A stretch of 39,527 nucleotides of DNA. It comes from a virus. Taxonomy: Duplodnaviria > Caudoviricetes. The notes below the pieces were generated by a model. The model was not told the origin of the DNA and did no database searches. It saw nothing but the letters and a program-made list of their open reading frames with translations. Positions 18,242-27,580 of this stretch are shown here, in pieces. The DNA is taken from positions 1-39,527 of the IMG/VR virus record IMGVR_UViG_3300033489_000026; one strand, 5' to 3'. Each line of letters opens with the position of its first letter. Within the stretch, counting starts at the first letter, position 1. Made by a program: the position numbers and the translations under genes.

Positions 18242-18659
18242 AATTACCCAAACAATTCCCCTGATCGCTCAATTCTATTCTGTATATATCAATTCTATTC
18301 TGTATATATTCGTATTGACGTTCGAGGTCGTTGATGATTACTGTGTTTTCATTCGACTCATAAATTTCCACCTTCCGTGACGATCCCAAGGCTCGTTGCA
18401 GGGTTATTTTGATATCGATTTTGTACCCTGGGTACTCCTCGTCACAATATTCTGTCATTTCGTTTTCTATTATTTTTTTATACGCCTCTGCCAGTTTTTT
18501 ATTGTCCTCGTCGGTCTGACAAAAATTGCCAATCAAAACATTTTCGGCAATCGTAATTTTGTTTTCCATACATCCTCCAAATGTTGTATTTCTGTTCAAA
18601 ATCACTGAGCAAATTTTTTCCTGTTTCATTTTTTTGCCCATTGTTTGTGTTCGTTTCAT
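18204..18659 (-). CDS. hypothetical protein with frameshifted C-terminus
   Basis: Likely start 18569 (GGAGG, MENKIT); a 20-bp duplication at 18270-18309 alters the tail. Confidence 0.6.
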   Translation of the reverse strand: MKRTQTMGKKMKQEKICSVILNRNTTFGGCMENKITIAENVLIGNFCQTDEDNKKLAEAYKKIIENEMTEYCDEEYPGYKIDIKITLQRALGSSRKVEIYESNENTVIINDLERQYEYIQNRIDIYRIELSDQGNCLGNWPKPCVEFGRSP

Positions 18660-18672
18660 TTCCTACTCTATA

Positions 18673-18701
18673 ATCATACCGCCAAACCCAGAGATTGTCA
18701 A
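18673..18701 (-). promoter_or_regulatory. sigma70-type promoter (class I, copy 3)
   Basis: TTGACA-17 nt-TATGAT followed by TATAGAGTAGGA, similar to copies 1 and 2. Confidence 0.8.
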
Positions 18702-18770
18702 CAGATCCAATGTAATTATAGTAATACCAATATGTTGTAAATATTTTTTTATATTACATTATTATATATA

Positions 18771-19124
18771 CTATTTTGCTGTTTGTTCGGAGATATTTTT
18801 TTGATATGGATGTTTTGTGCCGATTTTTATTTTTGCATATTGCACAGATATAATATTTGTAGGTGATACAACTACTGTTTGTAAGGGATGTACAAGTATC
18901 CAGGTTCCGTTATAAACAAATACTACATAACAATATTTGGTACTAACCATAATAAATTCATTAACTATCTCAACTTGTATTATATATCCATCTTCGATTT
19001 CCGCTTGTGTCAAATAGCAAACAGGCATCCATTTTGGATCAATCTCAGTTTGTTGTGCGTCAATACATAGATACGATACCAATATGCACAAAATTGAATA
19101 AAGCAAAACTTTTTTATCATTCAT
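18771..19124 (-). CDS. putative exported protein
   Basis: GGAG RBS; MNDKKVLLYSILCILVSYLCIDA signal-peptide-like N-terminus. Confidence 0.55.
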   Translation of the reverse strand: MNDKKVLLYSILCILVSYLCIDAQQTEIDPKWMPVCYLTQAEIEDGYIIQVEIVNEFIMVSTKYCYVVFVYNGTWILVHPLQTVVVSPTNIISVQYAKIKIGTKHPYQKNISEQTAK

Positions 19125-19156
19125 AGCAACTCCATTTTTTGTAATTACACAAATCA

Positions 19157-19333
19157 TCACGGTTTAAAATTTCTTGGCGAAGGCTTCGTAGCACTTGGTC
19201 GTATTCCTTGGTTTTTTGGTTTTGGCTTATAACTATGATCAACATAATTTGCGACACCTATTCCGCCGAGCAAAATACCACCTACCAATGCAATTGAACC
19301 TGCACATAGAAAGCAAAAAAATGTGAATGTCAT
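19157..19333 (-). CDS. small membrane protein (58 aa, not in ORF track)
   Basis: MTFTFFCFLCAGSIALVGGILLGGIGV...; ATGA overlap with upstream gene. Confidence 0.45.
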   Translation of the reverse strand: MTFTFFCFLCAGSIALVGGILLGGIGVANYVDHSYKPKPKNQGIRPSATKPSPRNFKP

Positions 19334-19617
19334 TTATAATACCTTTCCCTGCCCATACATTTATCACAGTTATATATACCGTGAATATGACAAACAATAT
19401 ACGGATCAATTCCGGTTAACATTTTCTTTACATGCTCTTCAGCCTCCAATAAACTCCTAAACACAATATCAGTACTAAAATAACGATGTCTCCCGTCAAT
19501 TACCAAACCAACAAATTCGCAACATGGATCAGACGTATCAGGGCGTGGAACTTTAACCTTTCCTATCTCGATGCTATTGATAGATGTTACAACATATACT
19601 GTATCGCCGTATCTCAT
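19330..19617 (-). CDS. hypothetical protein
   Basis: AGGAG RBS just after the tRNA; 95 aa. Confidence 0.6.
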   Translation of the reverse strand: MRYGDTVYVVTSINSIEIGKVKVPRPDTSDPCCEFVGLVIDGRHRYFSTDIVFRSLLEAEEHVKKMLTGIDPYIVCHIHGIYNCDKCMGRERYYK

Positions 19618-19636
19618 AGTATCTCCTGTATAATTT

Positions 19637-19720
19637 TGGCAGAGAGACAGGTATTCGAACCTGCAAGGATTTTTTCCGATGGTTTAGCAAACCATTTCAT
19701 TACCATTATGATATATCTCT
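19637..19720 (-). tRNA. tRNA-Ser(GCT), atypical T-arm
   Basis: AGAGATA-TA-TCAT(AATGGTA)ATGA-A-ATGGT(TTGCTAA)ACCAT, variable arm GGA(AAAAA)TCC, GCAGGTTCGAATACCTG-TCTCTCT-G-CCA; long variable arm and G73 fit Ser. Confidence 0.85.
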
Positions 19721-19730
19721 GTATGAATAA

Positions 19731-19820
19731 AATGGTTGATGCATATGCGAAGTACGATTATTCAGCTAACAAAATAAATTTGTATTATTCCGCTATTTTA
19801 ATTAATATACATCAACCATT
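19731..19820 (-). ncRNA. tRNA-like structured element
   Basis: Terminal 16-bp inverted repeat; can be hand-folded as a cloverleaf; lies between a promoter motif and tRNA-Ser. Confidence 0.4.
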
Positions 19821-19824
19821 ATCT

Positions 19825-19857
19825 ATAATATAATCTATTTTTTAGAAATCGTATCAA
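19825..19857 (-). promoter_or_regulatory. class II promoter-like motif TTGATAC-N18-TATATTAT
   Basis: TTGATACGATTTCTAAAAAATAGATTATATTAT, directly upstream of the RNA elements. Confidence 0.6.
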
Positions 19858-19970
19858 TCCAATAATTCCCAAAAATTTTCATTTAAAATTTTTATAAAAT
19901 CTGGTTCCAATTTCTTTTGATTCAAAAATATTTCTACCAATTTTTCTATAGCAATTTCTTTTTTATCCAC
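19854..19970 (-). CDS. 38-aa hypothetical protein (not in ORF track)
   Basis: GTG start overlapping the HNH end; MDKKEIAIEK...LEPDFIKILNENFWELLD. Confidence 0.4.
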   Translation of the reverse strand: MDKKEIAIEKLVEIFLNQKKLEPDFIKILNENFWELLD

Positions 19971-20346
19971 GTTTTTTCCTCAATTCCCTTTGATGGCACT
20001 GAGTACAAACAGTAACCAAATATTTGTCGTCAAATGGGTTTAGATTGTGCTGTAAAAGGTGCGTCAAATCGGGATCGTGATGAGTAAGATCGCCATCGAC
20101 AATAATGCCAAACTCTCTGCACGGTCTGCATAGTGGCTCTTTTATCCTATGTAAAATAGATGTTTTTGTCCATTCCGACGAATGATAAAAGTTTTTATTT
20201 TTATCAGGTATCCGGTCACCAAGATCCCGTAATTGTTTTGTTGACTCGTCCCGCTTTTGCTTACGATGCGGCTCGCAATAGCCCGGAAGCGCAAGTCGTT
20301 CTGAGCATCCAGGATGTCTACATAATGTAATTGATCGTTCTGGCAT
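19963..20346 (-). CDS. HNH endonuclease (terminase-associated type)
   Basis: MP....CRHPGC...YCEPH; FYHSSEW; EPLCRPC; THH; LVTVCTQCH. Confidence 0.85.
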   Translation of the reverse strand: MPERSITLCRHPGCSERLALPGYCEPHRKQKRDESTKQLRDLGDRIPDKNKNFYHSSEWTKTSILHRIKEPLCRPCREFGIIVDGDLTHHDPDLTHLLQHNLNPFDDKYLVTVCTQCHQRELRKKRG

Positions 20347-20366
20347 AAATAATTTTATAAAAAAAT

Positions 20367-20903
20367 TTACAATCCTGGTACTGTTATCGTTGGATAAAAT
20401 CCAGCGGTATGATATACTCCGGCGGGAATACCTATGTCACTATATAGATCAAGTTTGTTCAAACCTATGCGCCATTTATATGTATCTATACGAGTCAATA
20501 TTGCACTATATCTATTTTCTACCGAGCCAACCCAGCACGAAAATGGAAATGATACAGATCCATATAAATATGCGCACAACTCCATCCCTGTTGGCCATGT
20601 AGTGTCTGGCTCAAGTGTTATTGTTGCCGGCGCTGTTACTATTTCAAATCCAAATTCTGGTATATATATATTTACAACCCTACGCGCTGGTGAATATATT
20701 TTTTGCAAATCGAATTGTGGATTTGTTACATTTATCAAATCAAATCCATCGCTAACCAATTTCATTTGCACAGTAGAGGATATAATATATGTAATATCAT
20801 CAACCTCTGCTTTTAAATACGCAGTATTTCCCTCAATGCGATTAAAATCTGCGCTACCAACTGGATCTATCGACCAATCTTCTTTTGGTGTAATCCATGC
20901 CAT
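20367..20903 (-). CDS. tail fibre/tip protein
   Basis: MAWITPKEDW...DFNRIEGNTAYLK N-terminus typical of siphovirus fibre anchors; last gene of the tail module. Confidence 0.7.
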   Translation of the reverse strand: MAWITPKEDWSIDPVGSADFNRIEGNTAYLKAEVDDITYIISSTVQMKLVSDGFDLINVTNPQFDLQKIYSPARRVVNIYIPEFGFEIVTAPATITLEPDTTWPTGMELCAYLYGSVSFPFSCWVGSVENRYSAILTRIDTYKWRIGLNKLDLYSDIGIPAGVYHTAGFYPTITVPGL

Positions 20904-20904
20904 A

Positions 20905-22584
20905 TTATATTTTCCTTCCGTCCATCACAGACCGTAAAGTTCCATCGAATTCAAGTTGTATCTTGTAATATTTATAGATATCTATTTTATTTAATCCATG
21001 CCTATGGTATTCTGTTGTTTTTATTTCATCTCTTAATTCAATTGATGGATCTCCAATCCAATTTATGCTAATATCATTTAACTGATTTTTTAGAGACGCA
21101 ACGAGTGTTGTAGCGATTTCATTTGCAACATCTCTGTTTTGTATCAAATGATTATTTGGAAAAACGTATGACTGCGTGCCATTTTCTCTTATGCTCGCGT
21201 CGTCTTTTACAACTATAGACTCTGAGCCTGTTACTGATAATATTTTACCATCAACCACAATTTTGCATTGAGATTCTGTTACCTCATTATTTACAAGTGT
21301 TACGGACGCCCCAAATGCATAATATGTCGTTGCAGATATAACAATGCTTGCGCCTCCAGTTTCTTCGATCGATGCCACAGCCTCAATTACAGGTAGCGAT
21401 GGATATATTGCATCAACTGTAATCGATGAGCTCGCAGCGATAACAACAAAATCACTCGATCTATATACCTCTGTTGCAACCAATGCTGGTAGTAATGGTT
21501 GAGTATTTATAGTAATTTTATTTACAATACTATTGGATTGAGAATTATGCGTTATGTCAAAATAGTAATCATCGCTTAAAGTAAATTCAAATTCTGCTGC
21601 AATTATTGCACCAAGATCAACCACAAGACCTGCGGTATATAATGTATTCATATAGTCATATTGCGGGCTACTTGAATACGGAATAATGGCGCCTTCTCCA
21701 TACACAATACCAGCGCCTATACACGGACTCCCCTCCAACAAAGAAAAGTCACCAGTTTCTTTGTTGGCGAATAATGGGTCTTGGTCGTATATGCATCCGT
21801 TTATATAATCATATTCATCAAATCCGCTATGAGGTGTGTCTGTATTGTAAATTAAATTGTACTCGCTATACACATTAGCATAGCCCCAAATTCCACGTAT
21901 ATTAAGTGGTGTATAGATAATATTTTGGCATATGTACGCAGAGTAATCATACGACAATGACATTCCATTACAATCAATACTGGCATAGTCACCACAATCA
22001 TAAAAAACATTATTAATAATAAAGTCTGCCAAATTAGAATAGGACTCACATGCTACTGCGAAATGCCTTGTCCTACTAAATATGCATGATACTATTTTTA
22101 AATTACCTCCCCATCCATACGCATAAATTACACGCGGAATTATTGTGTGCAATGTGGTGAACTCACATCTGTCAAGTACTAACAATGTATTTAACGTATA
22201 GACATTTTCGGCAATTAACATAATACCATCGTTGCCGTAATACCCCTCTAATGCATGAAATCGTATCCCGGTAAATTTGACATATCCACCTCCTGTAGAT
22301 GCAGAATCTACAAACACTAAATAGGCACCATCGCTAAATGTAAATATCGGACGAGTATCTATATCATACTCGTCCGATGCAATCATTTCAAACGAAATAT
22401 TGCTGAGATAATATCTATACCATTCCTCTCCTCCAGGGATATTTATAGTAGATCCATTGCAAAAAATTATACGATCGTTATCAGCAATCACATCATATAA
22501 TGTAAATAATGAAATAGCACCTTTCTCTGCCGTTTCGTACGGAGCAGTATTAGTACCAAATTGGTTCAAATAATATGTTGTCAT
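20905..22584 (-). CDS. tail protein: right-handed beta-helix domain fused to hub-like C-terminal part
   Basis: TAPYET..KGA, NNVFY, QNII, DPLFAN...DFSLLEGSPCIGAG; then DDASIRENG, NNHLIQ, WIGDPSIELRD. Confidence 0.75.
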   Translation of the reverse strand: MTTYYLNQFGTNTAPYETAEKGAISLFTLYDVIADNDRIIFCNGSTINIPGGEEWYRYYLSNISFEMIASDEYDIDTRPIFTFSDGAYLVFVDSASTGGGYVKFTGIRFHALEGYYGNDGIMLIAENVYTLNTLLVLDRCEFTTLHTIIPRVIYAYGWGGNLKIVSCIFSRTRHFAVACESYSNLADFIINNVFYDCGDYASIDCNGMSLSYDYSAYICQNIIYTPLNIRGIWGYANVYSEYNLIYNTDTPHSGFDEYDYINGCIYDQDPLFANKETGDFSLLEGSPCIGAGIVYGEGAIIPYSSSPQYDYMNTLYTAGLVVDLGAIIAAEFEFTLSDDYYFDITHNSQSNSIVNKITINTQPLLPALVATEVYRSSDFVVIAASSSITVDAIYPSLPVIEAVASIEETGGASIVISATTYYAFGASVTLVNNEVTESQCKIVVDGKILSVTGSESIVVKDDASIRENGTQSYVFPNNHLIQNRDVANEIATTLVASLKNQLNDISINWIGDPSIELRDEIKTTEYHRHGLNKIDIYKYYKIQLEFDGTLRSVMDGRKI

Positions 22585-22608
22585 AAAATAATTAATCCCA
22601 TACTATAA

Positions 22609-23829
22609 TTATAAAATAATCAGTTCGTCGCTACGATTAATGTAACACGTTCCAAGACACGCCACGCAAATGTCTTTGAGTGTTTCCATGTAATTTTTTT
22701 TTGGAAAATATGCGTATCCGATCTCATAATCATGCAGTCTGTCGTCAATGTTCCATAGCAAATCGTGCATTGGAATATTTATTTTTGCATCGTTAAGGAC
22801 AATTTCTGCCAAATCGTAAAGATCAGTATTTGCATAAACAGAAGAAGTAGAGAACTGTGCATTGCGCAACAATTCCATTCTGTCGCGTGCAGTTACTGAT
22901 ACTACAGTTGATTTGTTTGACGACTTCCAGTCTCCTGTCCAAAATGATCCAATCGGTACATACTCTATACTATCGTCTGCGAGTTTTGCACCTATCCATG
23001 CATCTATTCGGCGATTTTTTTTTAATAGTGTTCTATATGGGGAATTATCATTCCATAATAAATACGGGTCATAAATTATTGATCCAAATCTATTTTGCCA
23101 AATATTTTGTAATTCAAGATCTATCTCGTTGCAACTAATATTACCAATAGGCAATGATCCATCTTGAACCTCCGATTCCTCAAGTAGACTCAATTTTACT
23201 ATGTCGTCACCTTCGTATGTCTCATAAATCGATGAATAAAATTCTAATATTTTTACAAAATCTCCTGCTTTGCTCCATTTTTTTATGACAAGTTTCATTT
23301 TGTTTGCATCGGTTATATTTTCTTCGGCGATGCTTACACTATATAATTTTTCAGTATTATTAGTGACAACTTTTGTGTATAATAATGTTATATCTTTATA
23401 AATCTCTACATCAAAATCTACAGGATATTGATTGTATATTTGTTCACCGGCTATAAAAATTCCCCATACAGGGCGCGATGAAAATTCTATCGTCAATGTT
23501 GGATATGGAGTAGAAAACACACCGCCAACACCAGAAATACTGCTACCCCACCAGCCCATTTCATTTGTTAATGATTCCACAGGATTAGGACAACAATAAA
23601 AAGTTCCGTCAGTTACACAATCAGAATCAAGATACGCCCATTTTTTTGTTGGTAAATTTATAGAATTGCACACCTGGTCACGGTATGATATATATGCATT
23701 CTCGTTTGCGCTAACTGTTATTGACGATGAATCAACAGACGGATCAGCCCATGTTATAACAACACGCGCTTTTATTTGTCTAATATTTGCACGTATTGCA
23801 TCTTTAAATTCATCTGATACAGGTAACAT
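22609..23829 (-). CDS. tail tip/baseplate hub protein, N-terminal part
   Basis: MLPVSDEFKDAI, LPIGNISCNE, EYVPIGSFW, VTARDRM; follows the Dit-like gene. Confidence 0.8.
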   Translation of the reverse strand: MLPVSDEFKDAIRANIRQIKARVVITWADPSVDSSSITVSANENAYISYRDQVCNSINLPTKKWAYLDSDCVTDGTFYCCPNPVESLTNEMGWWGSSISGVGGVFSTPYPTLTIEFSSRPVWGIFIAGEQIYNQYPVDFDVEIYKDITLLYTKVVTNNTEKLYSVSIAEENITDANKMKLVIKKWSKAGDFVKILEFYSSIYETYEGDDIVKLSLLEESEVQDGSLPIGNISCNEIDLELQNIWQNRFGSIIYDPYLLWNDNSPYRTLLKKNRRIDAWIGAKLADDSIEYVPIGSFWTGDWKSSNKSTVVSVTARDRMELLRNAQFSTSSVYANTDLYDLAEIVLNDAKINIPMHDLLWNIDDRLHDYEIGYAYFPKKNYMETLKDICVACLGTCYINRSDELIIL

Positions 23830-24203
23830 TAGTCCACCCTATCCAATACTATTGATACGCCAGACCAATAACCACCGCCGAGATGCGTAATCCTCGTCCT
23901 ATCTATTGACGACATTATTACATCATACTGATCGTATTCGTCCTCGTCAGTGTACAATAATAATGACAATATAGTAAAACTATTATATAGATCAAGCAAC
24001 ATTTCAAGATTTGTTCCATCTATTTCAGTATATTCGATAGTAAACGTTGTTTTTATAGCCACAATATCTTTTCTGGTCATCCCAGATGCAGCGTCGTCCT
24101 GTTTTGATATTTCTCTTTCTGTAATTTTTAACGTTCTTCCAAGAGGTGTTAAAAATTCCTCGTCTCCCTCTTCGCCTAAATATATATCACCATTGGCTGT
24201 CAT
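23829..24203 (-). CDS. distal tail (Dit-like) protein
   Basis: ASGMTRKDIVAIK, WSGVSIVL; directly after tape measure. Confidence 0.7.
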   Translation of the reverse strand: MTANGDIYLGEEGDEEFLTPLGRTLKITEREISKQDDAASGMTRKDIVAIKTTFTIEYTEIDGTNLEMLLDLYNSFTILSLLLYTDEDEYDQYDVIMSSIDRTRITHLGGGYWSGVSIVLDRVD

Positions 24204-26875
24204 TACATTCCCCTGCGTTGATTTTCTATTAATTGGAATTTGCTGATTTCTTTTGATAATTTTTTAATCCCAGCATCATCCGCAACGAGCGTACCTACAT
24301 ATAGGTTAAAATTATTTGCTCTGTTGTCTGTAGTATAATTACTACCTGCTCCTGCCATTGCCAAATTTCCGGACGATTGGAATGTTGGGAATTTTATTGA
24401 CGATAATTTTTCGATCAATGCGTTGGCCAGTACTGCTATGCCAGTGCGCATAGGCAAAACAAATTCGTCCTGTCCACCTTCCGCGATAGTAGCGTCAATC
24501 CCACCATTACGCGATTTTGCAAGTCCGCCACCAGCGAGGCTCCTGATTCCTACCTTTACAGTTTCGAGCGCCGCGATTGATGGGATAACTTTTGCGGCGG
24601 TAATTCCGAGTTGCGCAAGGGATGCGCCAAATGTCACGCCAGCCTGAGCCCATGCGATAGCTATAGATGCTATCGCCCTTGCGAGCACTTCTTTTTGTAT
24701 AATAGATATGATACTTATAGCCATATCTTTTGTTGCTTCGCCGATAGTTTTTTGACCGCTCGTTACCTGATCCACATATCCTAAAAATGCAGTTCCGTAT
24801 GATAATAATGATGATTCTATTCTCAGCCTATCTTTTTCTACTCCTTCTGCCTTTGCTTTGTCTACTTCATTCTCGTAATATTTTATTATATCTGCCTTTG
24901 CTTTTTCTGTTAGTTCTGTATTTGCAAGATCGCGTTCGCGAGCAGCGTCCAATATTGCTATTTTATTATCAGATTGCTGCAATAAATTATCAGACCATTG
25001 CTGTTCTAAAGATTTTTTTGCTTCGAGTTCGTCCTTTATTCTTTGGTTGTTTTCTTCTGCTTTTTTTGTCTCAAATTGTTCACGTTCAACAGCAAATGTT
25101 TTTTCTATTATAGCAATTTCAGATTGTGTAGCTTTTATTGTTTTTGCATGATCTATTGCAGCTTTTTTCCGACGCTCGAAACTTGTTTCTTCGGTTGCCT
25201 GTAGCTCAAATAATTTATCACTATATTCTTGAGCCATTTTCTTGCGCTCTTCAGCGAGTTCTTTTAATTGCTTCTTTTCTTCTTCTGTCAATAATTTTTT
25301 CTTTGAAGCAGCAGCTTCTTCAATTGTGGAAGATTTTTTTGCGTTTTCTAAATTCTCCTTGTGAATAGCAGTCATACGAGACCGTATTAAAGCAAGTCTT
25401 TCGGCATCGCGTTCAGCCGATTCAAATATTGGTTTTTTTGCTTCATGCCTTAATTTATTAACCCTATCTATAATACCCTGTATAACCATTGTAAGCATTA
25501 CAGCAGCCGCTACTGCCGCCACAATAGTTACAACCAGCGGATTTGCAAGTATGGCGGCGTCAAGTATAAACATTGCGGCAGTCAAAGCTTTTGTTATAAA
25601 AATAATTTTACCCATAACAAGCAGGAAAGGTCCAAGAACTGCAACAAGACCAACTATAATAACAATTGTTTTTTGCACCCAATTGGGAAGTGTAGAAAAC
25701 ATATCTGCCAATTTTGCAATTACAGAAACTGTTTTTTCTATTGCTGGTATCACACTCTCTTTAAGTATCGGGTATAGTTTTTCCCATAAAGTCAATGATA
25801 CATCAATCAATCTATTTTTAATAATTATGAGTTGAGACTTAAAAGATTCGAGCTGTTTTTTTGATACCTCTTCAATTGTTCCACCAGCCAATCTGTGAAA
25901 TTTTTCGTATTCACGAATTTTTTCAGAAAAACCAACAAGTGCCATAGTTGACGCAACAGAACGATCCTGGAATCCAAGCATTATCAAGGTCGATCTTTTT
26001 TGTTCGTCACTCATCCCCTTGAATAAATTTTCTAAATCTCTAATAATATCGGCCATTTTATTCATTTTGCCAGCAGTATCATAAATTTCTATCCCGGCAT
26101 TTTTAAATACATCACTATTTTTGAGATATGCCCTTTGCAAGTCGCGCAAAGTTATGCTGAGAGCCTCTCCACCCTCTTCACCTTTTATCCCTTGGTCTGC
26201 ATATACTGCAAGTATCGCAACACCCTCCTCGATGTCTTTGTTTAATAATTTAAGTGCCGATCCTGCTTTATTTGTCAGCGCCTTTGAAAATTGCTCAATA
26301 GTAGCCTGGGATCTATTACCAGCATCTGCCAACACGTCTGCTATACGTGACATTGACTCAAGATTTTTAGTGGCATCAGCAGACCTTATTCCTAATGCAG
26401 ATTGCGAACTCGTAAGATAATCAGTTGCTGCGGATAAATCCATCAATCCAGCCTGCGCGAATTTTGTTACAAGCGGTAACGCAGCTATTGATTGTTTCAC
26501 GGATAGACCAGCGGATGCTAAAAAATAATAAGCATCTGCAATTTGGCTTACTGAAAATGTTGAATTTTTTGCCATCTCACGGGCTGCCATTTCCATGTCT
26601 TTGCGCATAGCTACAGAGACATCGCCCATAATCGATAAAGAATTTGTCATTGCCTGATTAAAATCCATACCGAATTTAACAGCCGCAATACCGGCACCTA
26701 AAAGTGGGGCAGTTAATAATGTCAACTGTTTCCCAAGAAATTCTACATTTTTCCCAAATTTACCTATTGTATTTTCTGTTTTTTTACATGCAGTGTGTAT
26801 ATCTTTAAACGCCTTGTTTACAGTCTCCATTCCTTCAATTGAAATCGATCCGAATAACGCAAAAACTTTACTCAT
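24203..26875 (-). CDS. tape measure protein (TP901 family)
   Basis: 890 aa; ADAYYFLASAG, YADQGIKGEEGG, hydrophobic mid-region, coiled coil. Confidence 0.93.
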   Translation of the reverse strand: MSKVFALFGSISIEGMETVNKAFKDIHTACKKTENTIGKFGKNVEFLGKQLTLLTAPLLGAGIAAVKFGMDFNQAMTNSLSIMGDVSVAMRKDMEMAAREMAKNSTFSVSQIADAYYFLASAGLSVKQSIAALPLVTKFAQAGLMDLSAATDYLTSSQSALGIRSADATKNLESMSRIADVLADAGNRSQATIEQFSKALTNKAGSALKLLNKDIEEGVAILAVYADQGIKGEEGGEALSITLRDLQRAYLKNSDVFKNAGIEIYDTAGKMNKMADIIRDLENLFKGMSDEQKRSTLIMLGFQDRSVASTMALVGFSEKIREYEKFHRLAGGTIEEVSKKQLESFKSQLIIIKNRLIDVSLTLWEKLYPILKESVIPAIEKTVSVIAKLADMFSTLPNWVQKTIVIIVGLVAVLGPFLLVMGKIIFITKALTAAMFILDAAILANPLVVTIVAAVAAAVMLTMVIQGIIDRVNKLRHEAKKPIFESAERDAERLALIRSRMTAIHKENLENAKKSSTIEEAAASKKKLLTEEEKKQLKELAEERKKMAQEYSDKLFELQATEETSFERRKKAAIDHAKTIKATQSEIAIIEKTFAVEREQFETKKAEENNQRIKDELEAKKSLEQQWSDNLLQQSDNKIAILDAARERDLANTELTEKAKADIIKYYENEVDKAKAEGVEKDRLRIESSLLSYGTAFLGYVDQVTSGQKTIGEATKDMAISIISIIQKEVLARAIASIAIAWAQAGVTFGASLAQLGITAAKVIPSIAALETVKVGIRSLAGGGLAKSRNGGIDATIAEGGQDEFVLPMRTGIAVLANALIEKLSSIKFPTFQSSGNLAMAGAGSNYTTDNRANNFNLYVGTLVADDAGIKKLSKEISKFQLIENQRRGM

Positions 26876-27249
26876 TTTTTACCGCCAGACCGCGCTATCA
26901 TATCAGCTATAGCGTATGATTTTTTTGCAATTTGTTTTTTTGTCTCAGCGTCAATTGATTTTGAATCTGACAATCCAAGCATTTTTATATATTGCTGCCA
27001 AGTGATTTCTGATCCCTGTGCCGCAAGCATTTGCCATGCAGTAAAGCTGGCAGCTATAAGCTCGTTTTTAGAATTTTCATATTTTGTTTTGATTAGCATT
27101 TTAATCCTAAAAACAATCTCACCGAATGCAGCATTGTGCAATTCGGCGAGCGAAAGTCTATCGAAAAATCTTATCTCTGAAACAGACTCTTCCACCGAGT
27201 CCCGCACCCGGCAATCGTTTTGTATAGATGCGAGACTGTAGTAAAAAAA
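26872..27249 (-). CDS. tail assembly chaperone G-T extension (-1 frame)
   Basis: Frame open from the T7 slippery run to 26872; precedes tape measure. Confidence 0.7.
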   Translation of the reverse strand, partial: FFYYSLASIQNDCRVRDSVEESVSEIRFFDRLSLAELHNAAFGEIVFRIKMLIKTKYENSKNELIAASFTAWQMLAAQGSEITWQQYIKMLGLSDSKSIDAETKKQIAKKSYAIADMIARSGGKK

Positions 27250-27572
27250 TCATTACTATCTGCAGCCTCTATTATTTGAGTAATAATCAAAAACGGAGTG
27301 TCGAAACTCATCTCTAAAAGTTCCGCCGTTGTGCATCCTACAAGATCCGCGAACCAAATATTCACATCGTCAGATACATACTGTATCAATTTTTGCAAAA
27401 TAGCAGCACCAATCTGTGAATATTCTTCCTCTGTTTTGCATCCACCTGTTTCTGATTTTTTTTCTGCGCTTATTACATTGAGCAATTTTTCGGTACCAAT
27501 TGCATCAACAAGTTTTTGTATTAAACGGGCGAGAGTTATGCAATCCTCGTATTTCAGTTCTCTTATTTTCAT
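27171..27572 (-). CDS. tail assembly chaperone G
   Basis: Between major tail and tape measure; contains ..DFF.. at a T TTT TTT heptamer. Confidence 0.8.
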   Translation of the reverse strand: MKIRELKYEDCITLARLIQKLVDAIGTEKLLNVISAEKKSETGGCKTEEEYSQIGAAILQKLIQYVSDDVNIWFADLVGCTTAELLEMSFDTPFLIITQIIEAADSNDFFTTVSHLYKTIAGCGTRWKSLFQR

Positions 27573-27580
27573 AATACCCT

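Noticed and set aside
19637-19680. tRNA 3' end as an attP site
   Set aside because: No integrase recognised and no second copy of the sequence noticed in the window.
22585-22611. Stop-codon readthrough or alternative genetic code joining the two tail ORFs
   Set aside because: Two different stops (TAA, TAG) intervene, and core genes are intact under the standard code with all three stops in use.
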